DNA of 63,635 nt, filler included, from Octopus bimaculoides (lineage: Eukaryota): NCBI RefSeq assembly GCF_001194135.2. It is 8 parts of 8 records of this genome, joined end to end, with 100 filler letters (N's around TTAATTAATTAA, not from the genome) between each part and the next. Parts side by side here need not be neighbours in the genome. Positions count along the whole stretch, not along the records: positions 39,950 to 48,736 come from NC_068988.1; positions 48,837 to 53,044 come from NC_069006.1; 6 more parts are not named here. One strand, 5' to 3'. The notes under the pieces were generated by a model. The model did not search any database. It was not told the DNA's origin and saw nothing but the letters and a program-made list of their open reading frames with translations. The stretch's first letter is position 1. Each line of letters starts with the position of its first letter. Positions 40,151 through 51,800 of this stretch are shown piece by piece. A program made the translations under genes and the position numbers.

Positions 40151-40787
40151 TTTCTGATTTATGGACTTATGAGACCTAGGGATTCAAAGCTTAAGAGGAC
40201 ACTGGCATTTTCTTTGTAGGGTAAGAGGTGAACAGTACAGACAGTAAACCTGGATGATATAGTTATAAAAGTCCTTAGGGTTTGGTGACAAACTACTATA
40301 GGGTAGGTGTTTCACTACTAGCAGACCAGTTTGTAATGGAACAGGGGAAGTATTATCATAAGGTACCTAGGTGAAACGTATATAAAATAAAGTTGCTCTA
40401 TTGTATACAGATACAGTAAATGGTTATTCATAGTTTTCATTAATCAGAATAATATATCAGTATTGTTTTACATATGCTAAGTTCGAAATACTTGAGATAC
40501 CAATATTTGCTTAATTAATATGTGAATAAATAAAGGCTAATTATGAATTAATAATGAAATAAAATGAAATAGCGTATAATAATGTAAATAATCAATTAAG
40601 GCAATATACAAAAACAATGAGGTGGTATAAATTTAAAATGCTATAGTAGTTTGTCACGAAACCCTAAGAAATTTTATAACTATATCATCCATGTTTACTG
40701 TTTACCCCTTACCCTAGAAAGAAAATCCCAATGTCCTCTTAAGCTTTGAATCACCAGGTCTGATAAGATAGTCCATAAATCATAAAC
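40151..40787. mobile_element. Foldback/MITE-like element with ~150-bp inverted arms
   Basis: 40151-40301 is the reverse complement of 40641-40787 (for example gattcaaagcttaagaggaca / tgtcctcttaagctttgaatc and gtgacaaactactatag / ctatagtagtttgtcac), with scattered mismatches and one 8-bp indel. Confidence 0.85.
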
Positions 40788-41059
40788 CAAAAAACAAATA
40801 AAATCAGTGACAGTTAACAATCTGCTTAGAATTATTTACTAGCCTGTATGGTCTGGCTAAGTCAAAATGGTATTTTGTATTCTTCCTTTCTACTTGGAGA
40901 GTTTCGATGTAGTTATAAAAATATGTCCTTCTGTTAAAATGTAATTTCATTAAATTTCTATATGCTTGTGCATATATATATATATATATATATAGTTCTG
41001 CATTTAAGAAATGCGGAATTATCTACATTATTTACATTTGACGGATATTTGTCCTCATA

Positions 41060-41107
41060 CTGTTTGTTGTTAACGTTTCGGCTGATATACGCTCCAGCCG
41101 TCATACG
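41060..41107 (-). ncRNA. Hammerhead-ribozyme-like motif with a damaged core
   Basis: Minus strand reads cgtatga-c-GGCTG-gagcgtatat-CAGCC-GAAAC-GTT. Stem II and GAAAC/GUH are intact, but CUGAUGA reads CGUAUGA. Confidence 0.5.
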
Positions 41108-41181
41108 GGCATATGGCGTAGGGGTTAAGAGCGCGGGCTACTAACCCCCAGATTCTGAGTTCGATTCCAGGCAGTGACCTG
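41107..41181 (+). mobile_element. tRNA-derived SINE-like head followed by (AAT)n
   Basis: A-box-like tggcgtagggg (41114), B-box-like gagttcgattcc (41157-41168), anticodon-like arm ggg-ctactaa-ccc, and imperfect T and acceptor stems. Confidence 0.75.
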
Positions 41182-41182
41182 T

Positions 41183-41214
<32 letters not shown>

Positions 41215-41218
<4 letters not shown>

Positions 41219-44200
41219 TCCCTTCAGAAGTAAACCCCATAATACAAAGAACTTGAGAAGGAATATAACAGAAAAAGTTAATCTATGAGATTTATATTTT
41301 TATCCGTTTGAGAAGTAGATGTGAGTCATGTCGAATATATAACCATAACGAACGGCTACAATAGATATTTGAAGATATAAGTGAAGAGCTATGATAGACA
41401 TTCCCTTTATATATGAGTATGGAAATTAGATATTTAAACTCCAAATATGTAGCGTAGGGCAAATATTATTAGATATGTCTAATGTAACGACACTCCTACG
41501 TTTGAATTAAAAGTTTAGCTTACCCGTTGAAATCATTATGTAGTGTGATGTACATTTAAAAACAGATTTCTACACATAAGAATGATGTTTGGCGTGAGGA
41601 GGTGGTGTATAGGAAATCAATACTAGATAGCTGATGTAAACAAACGGTAGAAGAAATAGAGGGAACGTAAGTCACCTGATGAATTTGTACACCCCAATAA
41701 ACGTATCACAAACACTCTCAATAAGAGTTATAAACATAACAGCAGCCAAAAACTCGACAATCCTCACTACAATGACCATACTAAAAAACACAACCGATAC
41801 GAGCACCACAACCAAAATTTTACTAACGAAAGGAAAAAAGAATCGCTTTTAGTAATTTCCATCTTCCTAACCACACTAATATCAATAAACCTAGGAATAC
41901 TGACAACAAACACCACAACTATATATTTAGAAATAAAAATTGGAATATAAAGCCAATAATCAGGAAAAAAAAAAGAAGAATCTAAACACGCCAAATTCCA
42001 TAACCATAGAACTGAAATTTATAAGGATGGGAATAAGTAACCAATACCTTGTACGAGAATAGGTGACCCAAGAAACACAACCCAAGTAAAGCAAACAACA
42101 ATAATACTACTTGGATTATAATCCCATTTGCCAAAAATTTAAAATCTAACTTTATTAGATCCATTAGAATGATGATTAATAAAAACTTCAAAAACTCCCC
42201 ATATGCTAAAATATGTAATAATCTAAAAATTAGATTTGGATTTTCTGTTTCTCCAAATCTATTTAGGATAATTTATTCTTTTAACAATAAGAAAATGGAT
42301 CGATTCTATAAAAAGAAAAACAAGAACTGTACCTAGTACCGCCAATAATCCTACAATTAACAACAACAATACTGCTAATAACCATATTTCTATCATTTCC
42401 AAAAAACATAAACATAACGCCACCACACCACCCACTAATTCAAATTGTAATTGTCGAGACCCAAATTCCTGTGAAGTTGATAGAAATTGTAAAATGAAAG
42501 AAGTTGTATACCAAGCAACTATTATTACTCAGGACTCCTCTGATACAAATACGTGGGTTGCACGCAAAATTAAATCAAATCGAGAATTTGTAACCACAGA
42601 CCTTCTTTCAGAGAGCATCGAAAAGAGATTAGTACAAGACTATCTAAAAAATTTGGCACCTCAAAAGAAACATATTAATTTCTCCATCTCTTGGAAAATC
42701 CTATTTTCTTCCTCCTCTTACAGAAATAATAAAATTCATAGGTTATGTTTAGAGGAAAGCTATAACATAATGAGAATGAATGGAAATTTGGTTAATACTA
42801 GGGATGAAAAATTTCTTCATGTAAACATATGGCCAAATTCCTATTCATCAATCTAAAATAATTCCTCACTTACTTTGTGCTTAATTTGATATTTTTTAGT
42901 AAAATATATCTATACTTTATCCTTTACTTTGGAATATAATTACTCATCACATCCCCTTTACATTACTATATCTTACACTATCTTTGCACATTTTTTCTTT
43001 CAAATTTCCTTCTCACAATAGCATGCCCTCCATATATAGGGCTATCACTTTATCTATCTGTCTCTAAACTTTTTCTCTCCACATGTTTGGATAAATGAAA
43101 TTATCTTTCCTTAATAGGTAATATACCTATATTTTTTGTATTCTATTTTATTTACATACTATGTCTATATACTCCCCGTTTTTTTTGCACTTCTGTCCCC
43201 TCTCTCAACATACCCATTCCAACTATAACTGTTTTTTGTTATCTGTTGCTATACCTTATAATTACGTATATTTTACTTCTCACATATGTACACATGTATG
43301 CACATATAATACCTCTTGGTGTCCCACATGTCTACACTCATGTATGCACATCTAGGTATGGATCTAATATGTTATCTTTGTGCGTATATCTATCGATATG
43401 TGTTTGATTTTTATATGTAGGTAATGACATGTATATTAATATGGACGTGTGTATCTGCGTATATATGTATGTTTCGCATACATATATATACAATTTATTA
43501 TGTGTACGTATTTAAATCTGTATGTGTGTTGTTCTTTCTCTCCCTGCACCGGTATGGGTATATTTGTAGCGTGTATAATTTGTTTATATGTATACCTTAA
43601 TCGTACATCTACAAGAATTCCTGAATCTATATATACTAATGTACAAATATGCCTCTACATAGCTATGAGTAAATATACGCGCATTTTTCGCCTTATTAGA
43701 TCATGTTTTTCCTATATTATGTGTAAATCTTTTGTACACTTATGCGTACCCGTCTACTGGTACTTTTTCTTATATTCTTACTGGCACTACATCCATCCAG
43801 CTTGTATTCCACTGCGACCATACTACCGTTACATATCCTTCTCACATAATACTAAGCTATATTTGGTTAATTTTTTATACATACTAAAACACACCTATTG
43901 TATAACCTAACATCTATATCCTTAGATTTATTTAGATTTTTTGCTCTTCTCTTCCTTTCCACATTCATCTCACCTACATTTATTCTTTTTTTTTGGAAAA
44001 ATACCTATCTTTATTTTCAATTGCAATTTAACTGTTTGCTATTTATAGACACTGCAAGTACATACACTATTTTACTTGTAATAATAATAACTGTTTTTCA
44101 GTTTTTACTTACTTTATCATTAACACGTATTACCTAATACGATATTTTATGCAAACATAAGTCCCTTATATACATCCTATTCTATATTTTAACACATTCT

Positions 44201-44658
44201 TATCCCTCTATTTCTCCTACCTTTTGTTTGCGTTAACTATCTAGTATTGACTTCTTATATACCAACTCCTCACGCTAAATTTCATTCTCATGTATAGAAA
44301 TTATTTTTAAAAATACATTATACTATGTAATGATTTCAACGGTTAGCTAATCTTTTAATTCAAACCTAGGACTGTCGTTATATCGGACATCTCTAATACA
44401 TATTTGCCCTACGCTACTTATCTGGAGTCTAAATCTCTAATTTCCATACTCATCTATATAGGGAGTGTCTATCATAGCTCTTCACTTATATCTTCAAATA
44501 TCGATTGTAGCCGTTAGTCATGGCTATATATTCGACACGACTCTCCTCTACTTCTCACACGGATACAAATATGAATCTCCTATATTAAATTTTTCTGCTA
44601 TATTCCTTCTCAAGTTCTTTGTATTATGGGTTTTACTTCCTGCACTGAAGAGTACATT
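41215..44658 (+). mobile_element. Penelope-like element remnant (RT C-terminus/linker plus GIY-YIG endonuclease) bounded by a ~450-bp inverted repeat
   Basis: From 42112: WIIIPFAKNLKSNF...LKIRFGFSVSPNLFRIIYSFNNKK. From 42446: CNCRDPNSCEVDRNCKMKEVVYQATI, then YVGCT in a shifted frame, then INFSISWKIL...LCLEESYNI. 41215-41663 is an inverted copy of 44203-44658. Confidence 0.85.
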
Positions 44659-44960
44659 GACATGTAATTAATTTAATATAATTCAATCATGAATTTACAT
44701 TATTATTATTATTATATCTCTGTAGTAACCGATATATATTTTAACAACTTGTCTCCTCCGTTTTTAACTAAATTGCTGAGTCTTATGGGAGTTCATTCCA
44801 TAAATTAACCATATATTATTTACAAGTATTACTTCCATAACTTCGGAAATTTACGCCTGTAAACTCCGACCAAAGTATGAAGAATCGACATTAGAAATCT
44901 ATTTTCGAATCCTTCACATTAAAGGCCGAATGCGCATTCAACGTTTATACCCCTATACGA

Positions 44961-44992
<32 letters not shown>

Positions 44993-45198
44993 NNNNNNNN
45001 NNNNNNNNNNNNNNNNNNNNNNNNNNNNNNNNNNNNNNNNNNNNNNNNNNNNNNNNNNNNNNNNNNNNNNNNNNNNNNNNNNNNNNNNNNNNNNNNNNNN
45101 NNNNNNNNNNNNNNNNNNNNNNNNNNNNNNNNNNNNNNNNNNNNNNNNNNNNNNNNNNNNNNNNNNNNNNNNNNNNNNNNNNNNNNNNNNNNNNNNNN

Positions 45199-45230
<32 letters not shown>

Positions 45231-45689
45231 CTTATAAAAAGGGTGGCTTATTAATAATTAGAACCTAACGGCAAAATTATTAGACGTCACAAAATGACGG
45301 AGGGTGCAGGTCAGCACTGTTTATGCTATGATAAGCGTTAAATTAACTCTAAAGTCACACATCCCTAACTCAACGATCGACAAAGGGAGGTAAGACTCTT
45401 TACATTTATATGTAATATGTAGAAGATTAACGATTCAAAATAAAATATCATGAACACAAATGACTGCATATGGCTCCCGTGAGATCAGTGAACAGCACTC
45501 ATTCCCTGGTGACTGTTTGACACTCACTCCCTGGTGACTGTATAATATTCTTGATATAATTATTTTGCTGGGGCTGTGAGAAGCACTTTCTCGTTGCCTC
45601 GTTTCGTGTGTTTGCTGTACGGCAGCATCGTGTCGGCTATAACTAAATCCGGTATGTGTGTGAGTTTATGTAAGGGATGGAGAGGGAAT

Positions 45690-46740
45690 GAGAAGAGACG
45701 AAGAGAGAAAGAACGAGAGTAGGGAAAGAAGAATCCATGTGAAAGATAGTTATTTATCGGAACCGAAAGAAACAGTTGTGTGGACCTTGGCACAATTTCA
45801 ATTTATAGCGTTTTCAACAGTCATCGCCAAAATCGTCGACTATTACCGCGTACTTTATGTTGTCGAAGCACAAGCTACAATTTACTGGTCTAAGCATACA
45901 GATATTTCGGTGTAATCACATATAAAGCTACAGAAGCTTATAACACAGAATTGTTGATCCTATATGTATAGCTGTAGAATTGTGTAATGTGTTGAGGACG
46001 GTGCATTTATAAATTACACTAGAGCTTCTACAATGGATTTGTAGAGTGAAGATGGACCCATGACGGCAATTACAAGTGGGTGTATTTTGGGTATTGTTTT
46101 CAGGAATGGAGGAGGTAATAGTGTCAGAAGAGAGGTTTGAAATGGGAATAGAAAAGGTCTAAGTTATTAGTATTACTATTATTGTTATTGCTATCGTTGT
46201 TAATTATTATATATGTAACGGTGGTAGAAGTTATGGTAGTATTTTGGATAGTGTTAGTAGGATAGGGTGTGTTATGGTTGTGGTCTAACATATGGGGATC
46301 AGTGCTGGACCTGTGTACATGTTGGGCGCTCATGTATTCGAGTTGTTATAGTGTACATTTTGATAGTAGAGAGAACACTTTTGTTTATTAGATGCTACTA
46401 TGATAGACTGGAAGTTGGGTGGGTGGAATAGGATAGCTTCAGGGTAGATCTATTAAAGATAGAGTAATATTTATGCTGATGAGAGAAATTGGCGTCCAGT
46501 ATATTAAAGAAGAATTTAGCTAAGTTCTTAACGTTTAATGAGAAGTGGAGTATATACCATAGAATAGAGTGTGCCCCATTGTTTGGGGTATATAGGAGTA
46601 GTGCTATCTATATTTATTGGAAAATGGAGGTGGGTAGCAGGGCTCGTTGTTGTTAGCTGTTTTAGCTTTTGAGGTAGTATTATATGTGTAGGATCTAGGT
46701 TGCCTTAATGCGGGTTCTCCTGGGATTCTACTATTGTGTA
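45690..46740 (-). mobile_element. Second Penelope-like element remnant (linker plus GIY-YIG)
   Basis: Minus-strand frames give ILWYIL..SLNVKNLAKFFFNILDANFSHQHKYYSIFNRSTLKLSYST and PTCNCRHGSIFTLQIHCRSSSVIYKCTVLNTLHNSTAIHIGST (VIY...HIG). Confidence 0.8.
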
Positions 46741-46747
46741 TATGTGG

Positions 46748-46778
<31 letters not shown>

Positions 46779-46914
46779 GATCCAGAAAGTAGCGTTAATA
46801 TAATTTATAAACTGCGATTAATATATTTATGAAGCCCGATTTATACTTAAACCAGAGTTTCACGTAACCGATCATTAGTCAGTTCCCAGTTCTAAATACT
46901 CACGAATATCGGTC

Positions 46915-47011
46915 GATCGCTTACATGACACATTGAGTAATAGTTTGTGAACATTGAGTAATAGTTGAGTAATAGATCGCTTACATGACACATTGAGTAA
47001 TAGTTGTGAAC
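46915..47011. repeat. Local tandem duplication (60-bp period) containing four ttgagtaatag motifs
   Basis: gatcgcttacatgacacattgagtaatagtt starts at 46915 and at 46975. Confidence 0.85.
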
Positions 47012-47617
47012 AGCTTCAATAGAATGTCATTTTACGCGACTTTAGGTATTGAACCTCATCAGCGATAAATGATAACACCCGGTTAGCAAAATGTAGAAAC
47101 GATCAGTATATAGAAATAGAGAACAACTAGAACAACAATTATGAATGCCAACTGAAAAAATAGATGCATATCTTTCAGGTGAATGTCTTGCATAATAAAA
47201 GATTCATGTTTCTAATTAGTGAAAAAATTATCTTCAACTGAGATTATCCGTGCAATGTGTTTAAGATCTAAAAGCTCCCAACAAGGAAGATAACCTTCAA
47301 TAACACTAGCCAACCAAAATTGTTGAAAATAAAGACGTTGGGGATAGTAAATCTTTAACAGGTTGTTCAAATTATTAAACATAGCAGCCAAGACTTTCAC
47401 AAATAACACCTTATTGTTTTCAAAGAGGAAGAACACATTTGCTATTATATTTTTCGTTATAAAAAGTGCAAACAAAAAAAAAAAAAAAAAAAAAAAGAAA
47501 AAAAAGGAAAAGGACCTGTACGTTTTGTCGAAGTTGTCTCCTTTCAGCGACGGACAGAAATTAGAAAGTTAAACAACAGGAACCTCAGCAACAATGTAAA
47601 GGGCAAACCACTGCAAA

Positions 47618-47835
47618 TGTGACCTGGCTGAATCGTTAGCACGCCGGACAAAATGCTTAGCAGCGATTCGTCCGTCATTATGTTCTAAGCTCAAATTTCA
47701 CCGAGGTCGATTTTCACTTCCATCCTTTCAGGGTTCATAAAGTAAGTACTAGTTGAACACTGGGATTTGATGTAAAATTGACGCAACCCTTCCTTCGAAA
47801 TCAGTAGCCTTGTACTAAAATTTGAAACCAATATT
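47618..47835 (+). mobile_element. SINE family B
   Basis: ctggctgaatcgttagcacgccggacaaaatgcttagc...gaggtcgattttcacttccatcctttcaggg. Confidence 0.85.
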
Positions 47836-48836
47836 GAGCTAGCGAGCGACAAATTATGAAGTCGTTTCAATTATTAGAGGTAACAGACACATCTAACTCA
47901 AACCACACTTTACAATCTTCAGTAAAAGAAACCACATTGAAGAAGTTATTCCCACGTATATGAAGATTTAGACAGGAAACAACATCTACAACAACAAGAA
48001 GCACAGCAACAATAAGAACTGCAATATTGTAAAAGATAATATTCGACAATATACGTAAGAAAAAAGAGAATATAGGGGACAAGCAGCATATAATGAGATA
48101 TCCATCATCCGGAATTTACTTGCAAAACATGATGGAAAATATAATTTCGAATTGATTGAATAAAAAAAAAAATACCATAAAATCTGAGTATGACATTGTG
48201 TATTAAGAAGAAAAATATGTGTGTTGCGAATGGACGCGAAAGTGTGTTGGGAGATGTTGATAGAAATGGAAGTGATCTGGGGAATAGATTTTATTGAAGT
48301 AATTCTAACGTAATAGAAAAAGATGTAAATGAAATACCTTTGTAACTGAGTAAACAGACATATACTAAGTAATCATTCTTTGACGTGTGTGTGTGTGCGT
48401 GTGAGTGTGTGTATGTATACACATTTAGTCGGCATCAGGAGATATGTGATATTCATATAAACCAGACACGAAAATCGATAGCTGACAATATGCAAACAAC
48501 ATGTTTAGACAATTTATTTCAGACCGTACTAATTTCACAGAGCGATAAGTAAATGTTTAGTTTTCAACTGAAATAAAGCTTTATAGCCTAATTATTATAG
48601 GTTTGAATTTCACTGAAATAGAAGCTCTCAGACGTGAATATACACACATGGTCTCACACGTGAGCATATGTGTATGTGCGTATAGATGTATATGTACGTA
48701 TATATACATATGCATACATACATATATATATATATANNNNNNNNNNNNNNNNNNNNNNNNNNNNNNNNNNNNNNNNNNNNTTAATTAATTAANNNNNNNN
48801 NNNNNNNNNNNNNNNNNNNNNNNNNNNNNNNNNNNN

Positions 48837-51800
48837 CTTCGTTCAATCTTTCGTTCTTTCGTTCGATCGTTCGTTCGTTCTTTTGTTCCTTCGTTCAATC
48901 ATTTCATCGTTTGATCCTTCCTTCGTTCGTTCTATTCTACGTACGTACGTACGTTCGTTATTTTGATGGTTCGTTTGTTCATTCGCTCGTTCGTTGCCTC
49001 ATTCGTTCATTCGTTCGTTCCTACGTACCTTCGTAATTAGGTTCGTTCGTTCGTAATTACGTACGTTCGAAGGAACAAAAGAACGAACGAAAGCACGTAC
49101 GTACGAACGAAAGAACGAACGAATGAAGGTACGTACGAGCGAACGAACGAACAATCGAACGTTCGAATANNNNNNNNNNCGTACGTACGTACGAACGTAC
49201 GTATGTTCGTTCATTCGTACTTACATACTGACTATCGTTTTGTCGCTATTTCGTTCGTTCGTTTGTTCGTTAGATCGAACGAATGTACGTTCATTCGTTC
49301 AATCTTTCGTTCTTTCGTTCGATCGTTCGTTCGTTCATTTGTTCCTTCGTTCGATCATTTCATCGTTTGAGCCTTTCTTCGTTCGTTCTATTCTACGTAC
49401 GTACGTACGTTCGTTATTTTGATGGTTCGTTTGTTCATTCGCTCGTTCGTTGCCTCATTCGTTCATTCGTTCGTTCCTACGTACCTTCGTAATTAGGTTC
49501 GTTCGTTCGTAATTACGTACNNNNNNNNNNNNNNNNNNNNNNNNNNNNNNNNNNNNNNNNNNNNNNNNNNNNNNNNNNNNNNNNNNNNNNNNNNNNNNNN
49601 NNNNNNNNNNNNNNNNNNNNNNGAACGAACGAAAGCACGTACGTACGAACGAAAGAACGAACGAATGAAGGTACGTACGAGCGAACGAACGAACAATCGA
49701 ACGTTCGAATAAAAGAAAGAACGTACGTACGTTAGTACGATCAAACGCACGTTATTACGTACGTACGTTCTTTCTTTCGTTCGTTCGATCGTTCGATCGT
49801 TCGTTGGATCTTTGGATCGTTCGTTATTACGTACGTACGATCGTTCTTTCGTACGTACTTACGCACGTTCGTTCGTTCGTTCGTTCGTTCGATCGTCCTT
49901 ACGTTTGTACGTGTGTACGTCTGTTCGTTCATTCGTACTTACGTACTTACTTTCGTTTTGTCGCTATTTCTTTCGTTCGTTTGTTCGTTAGATCGAACGA
50001 ACGTACGTTTCTTCGTTCGTACTCACGTACGTTCGTTCTTTCAATCTTTCGTTCTTTCGTTCGATCGTTCGTACATTCGTGCGTTCGTTCGTTCTTTTGT
50101 TCCTTCGTTCGATCATTCCATCGTTTGATCCTTCCTTCGATCGTTCTATTCTACGTACGTACGTACGTTCGTTATTTCGATGGTTCTTTCGTTCATTCGT
50201 TCGTTCGTTCGTTCGTTGGCTCGTCCAATCCTTCGTTCGTTCCTATATACGTTCGTAATTACGTTCGTTCATTCGTAATTACGTACGTTCGGAGGAACAA
50301 AAGAACGAACGAAAGTACGTACGTACGAACGAACGAACGAATGAAGGTACGTACGAGCCAACGATCGAACAATAGAACGTACGAATAAAAGAAAGAACGT
50401 ACGTACGTCAGTACGATCAAACTAACGTTATTACGTACGTACGTTCTTTCTTTCGTTCGTTCGATCGTTCGTTCGATCGTTAGATCGTTCTTTCGTACGT
50501 ACTTACGCACGTTCGTTCGTTCCTACGTACGTTCGTTCCTACGTACGTTCGTTCTTTCGTCCTTACGTTTGTACGTGTGTACGTTCGTTCGTTCGTTCGT
50601 ACGTACGTCCGTACGAACGTACGTGTGTTCGTTCATTCGTACTTACGTGCTTACTTTCGTTTTGTCGCTATTTCTTTCGTTCGTTTGTTCGTTATATCGA
50701 ACGAACGTACATTCCTTCGTTCGTACTCACGTACGTTCGTTCTTTCAATCTTTCGTTCTTTCGTTCGATCGTTCGTACGTTCGTACGTTTGTTCGTTCGT
50801 TCTTTTGTTCCTTCTTTCGATCATTCCATCGTTTCATTCTTCCTTCGTTCGTTCTATTCTACGTACGTACTACTTTCGTCATTTCGATGGTTCCTTCCTT
50901 CATTCGCTCGTTCGTTCATTCGCTCGTTCGCTGGCTCGTTCTTTCCTTCGTTCGTTCATACGTACGTTCGTAATTACGTTCGTTCGTTCTTAATTATGTA
51001 CGTTCGAAGGAACAAAGAACGAACGAAAGTACGTACGTACGAACGAAAGAACGAACGAAAGAATGAAGGTACGTACGAGCGAACGAACGAACAATCGAAC
51101 GTACGAATAAAAGAAGGAACGTACGTACGTCAGTACGATCAAACGAACGTTATTACGTACGTACGTTCTTTCTTTCGTTCGTTCGATCGTTCGTTCGATC
51201 GTTAGATCGTTCGTTCTTACGTACGTACGATAGTTCTTTCGTACGTACTTACGCACGTTCGTTCGTTCCTACGTACGTTCATTCGTTCGTTCATCCTTAC
51301 GTTTGAACGTGCGTACGTTCGTTCGGTCGTACGTACGTACGTACGAACGTACGTATGTTCGTTCATTCGTACTTACATACTTACTATCGNNNNNNNNNNN
51401 NNNNNNNNNNNNNNNNNNNNNNNNNNNNNNNNNNNNNNNNNNNNNNNNNNNNNNNNNNNNNNNNNNNNNNNNNNNNNNNNNNNNNNNNNNNNNNNNNNNN
51501 NNNNNNNNNNNNNNNNNNNNNNNNNNNNNNNNNNNNNNNNNNNNNNNNNNNNNNNNNNNNNNNNNNNNNNNNNNNNNNNNNNNNNNNNNNNNNNNNNNNN
51601 NNNNNNNNNNNNNNNNNNNNNNNNNNNNNNNNNNNNNNNNNNNNNNNNNNNNNNNNNNNNNNNNNNNNNNNNNNNNNNNNNNNNNNNNNNNNNNNNNNNN
51701 NNNNNNNNNNNNNNNNNNNNNNNNGAAAGTACGTACGTAAGAACGAACGAACGAACGAATGAAGGTACGTACGAGCGAAAAAACGAACGATCGAAAGTAC

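Noticed and set aside
41107-41181. Functional tRNA gene
   Set aside because: A cloverleaf is recognisable, but the acceptor and T stems have mismatches and it runs into an (AAT)n tail in a retroelement context. It is better explained as a tRNA-derived SINE-like head.
43449-44137. ORFs 43449..43910 and 43898..44137 as membrane proteins
   Set aside because: These are hydrophobic translations of T-rich, strand-biased non-coding sequence in the PLE 3' region, with non-ATG starts and no motifs.
47870-48020. Possible exon reading ...HVYEDLDRKQHLQQQEAQQQ*
   Set aside because: There are stops in all frames within a short distance, no convincing splice sites and no recognisable homology.
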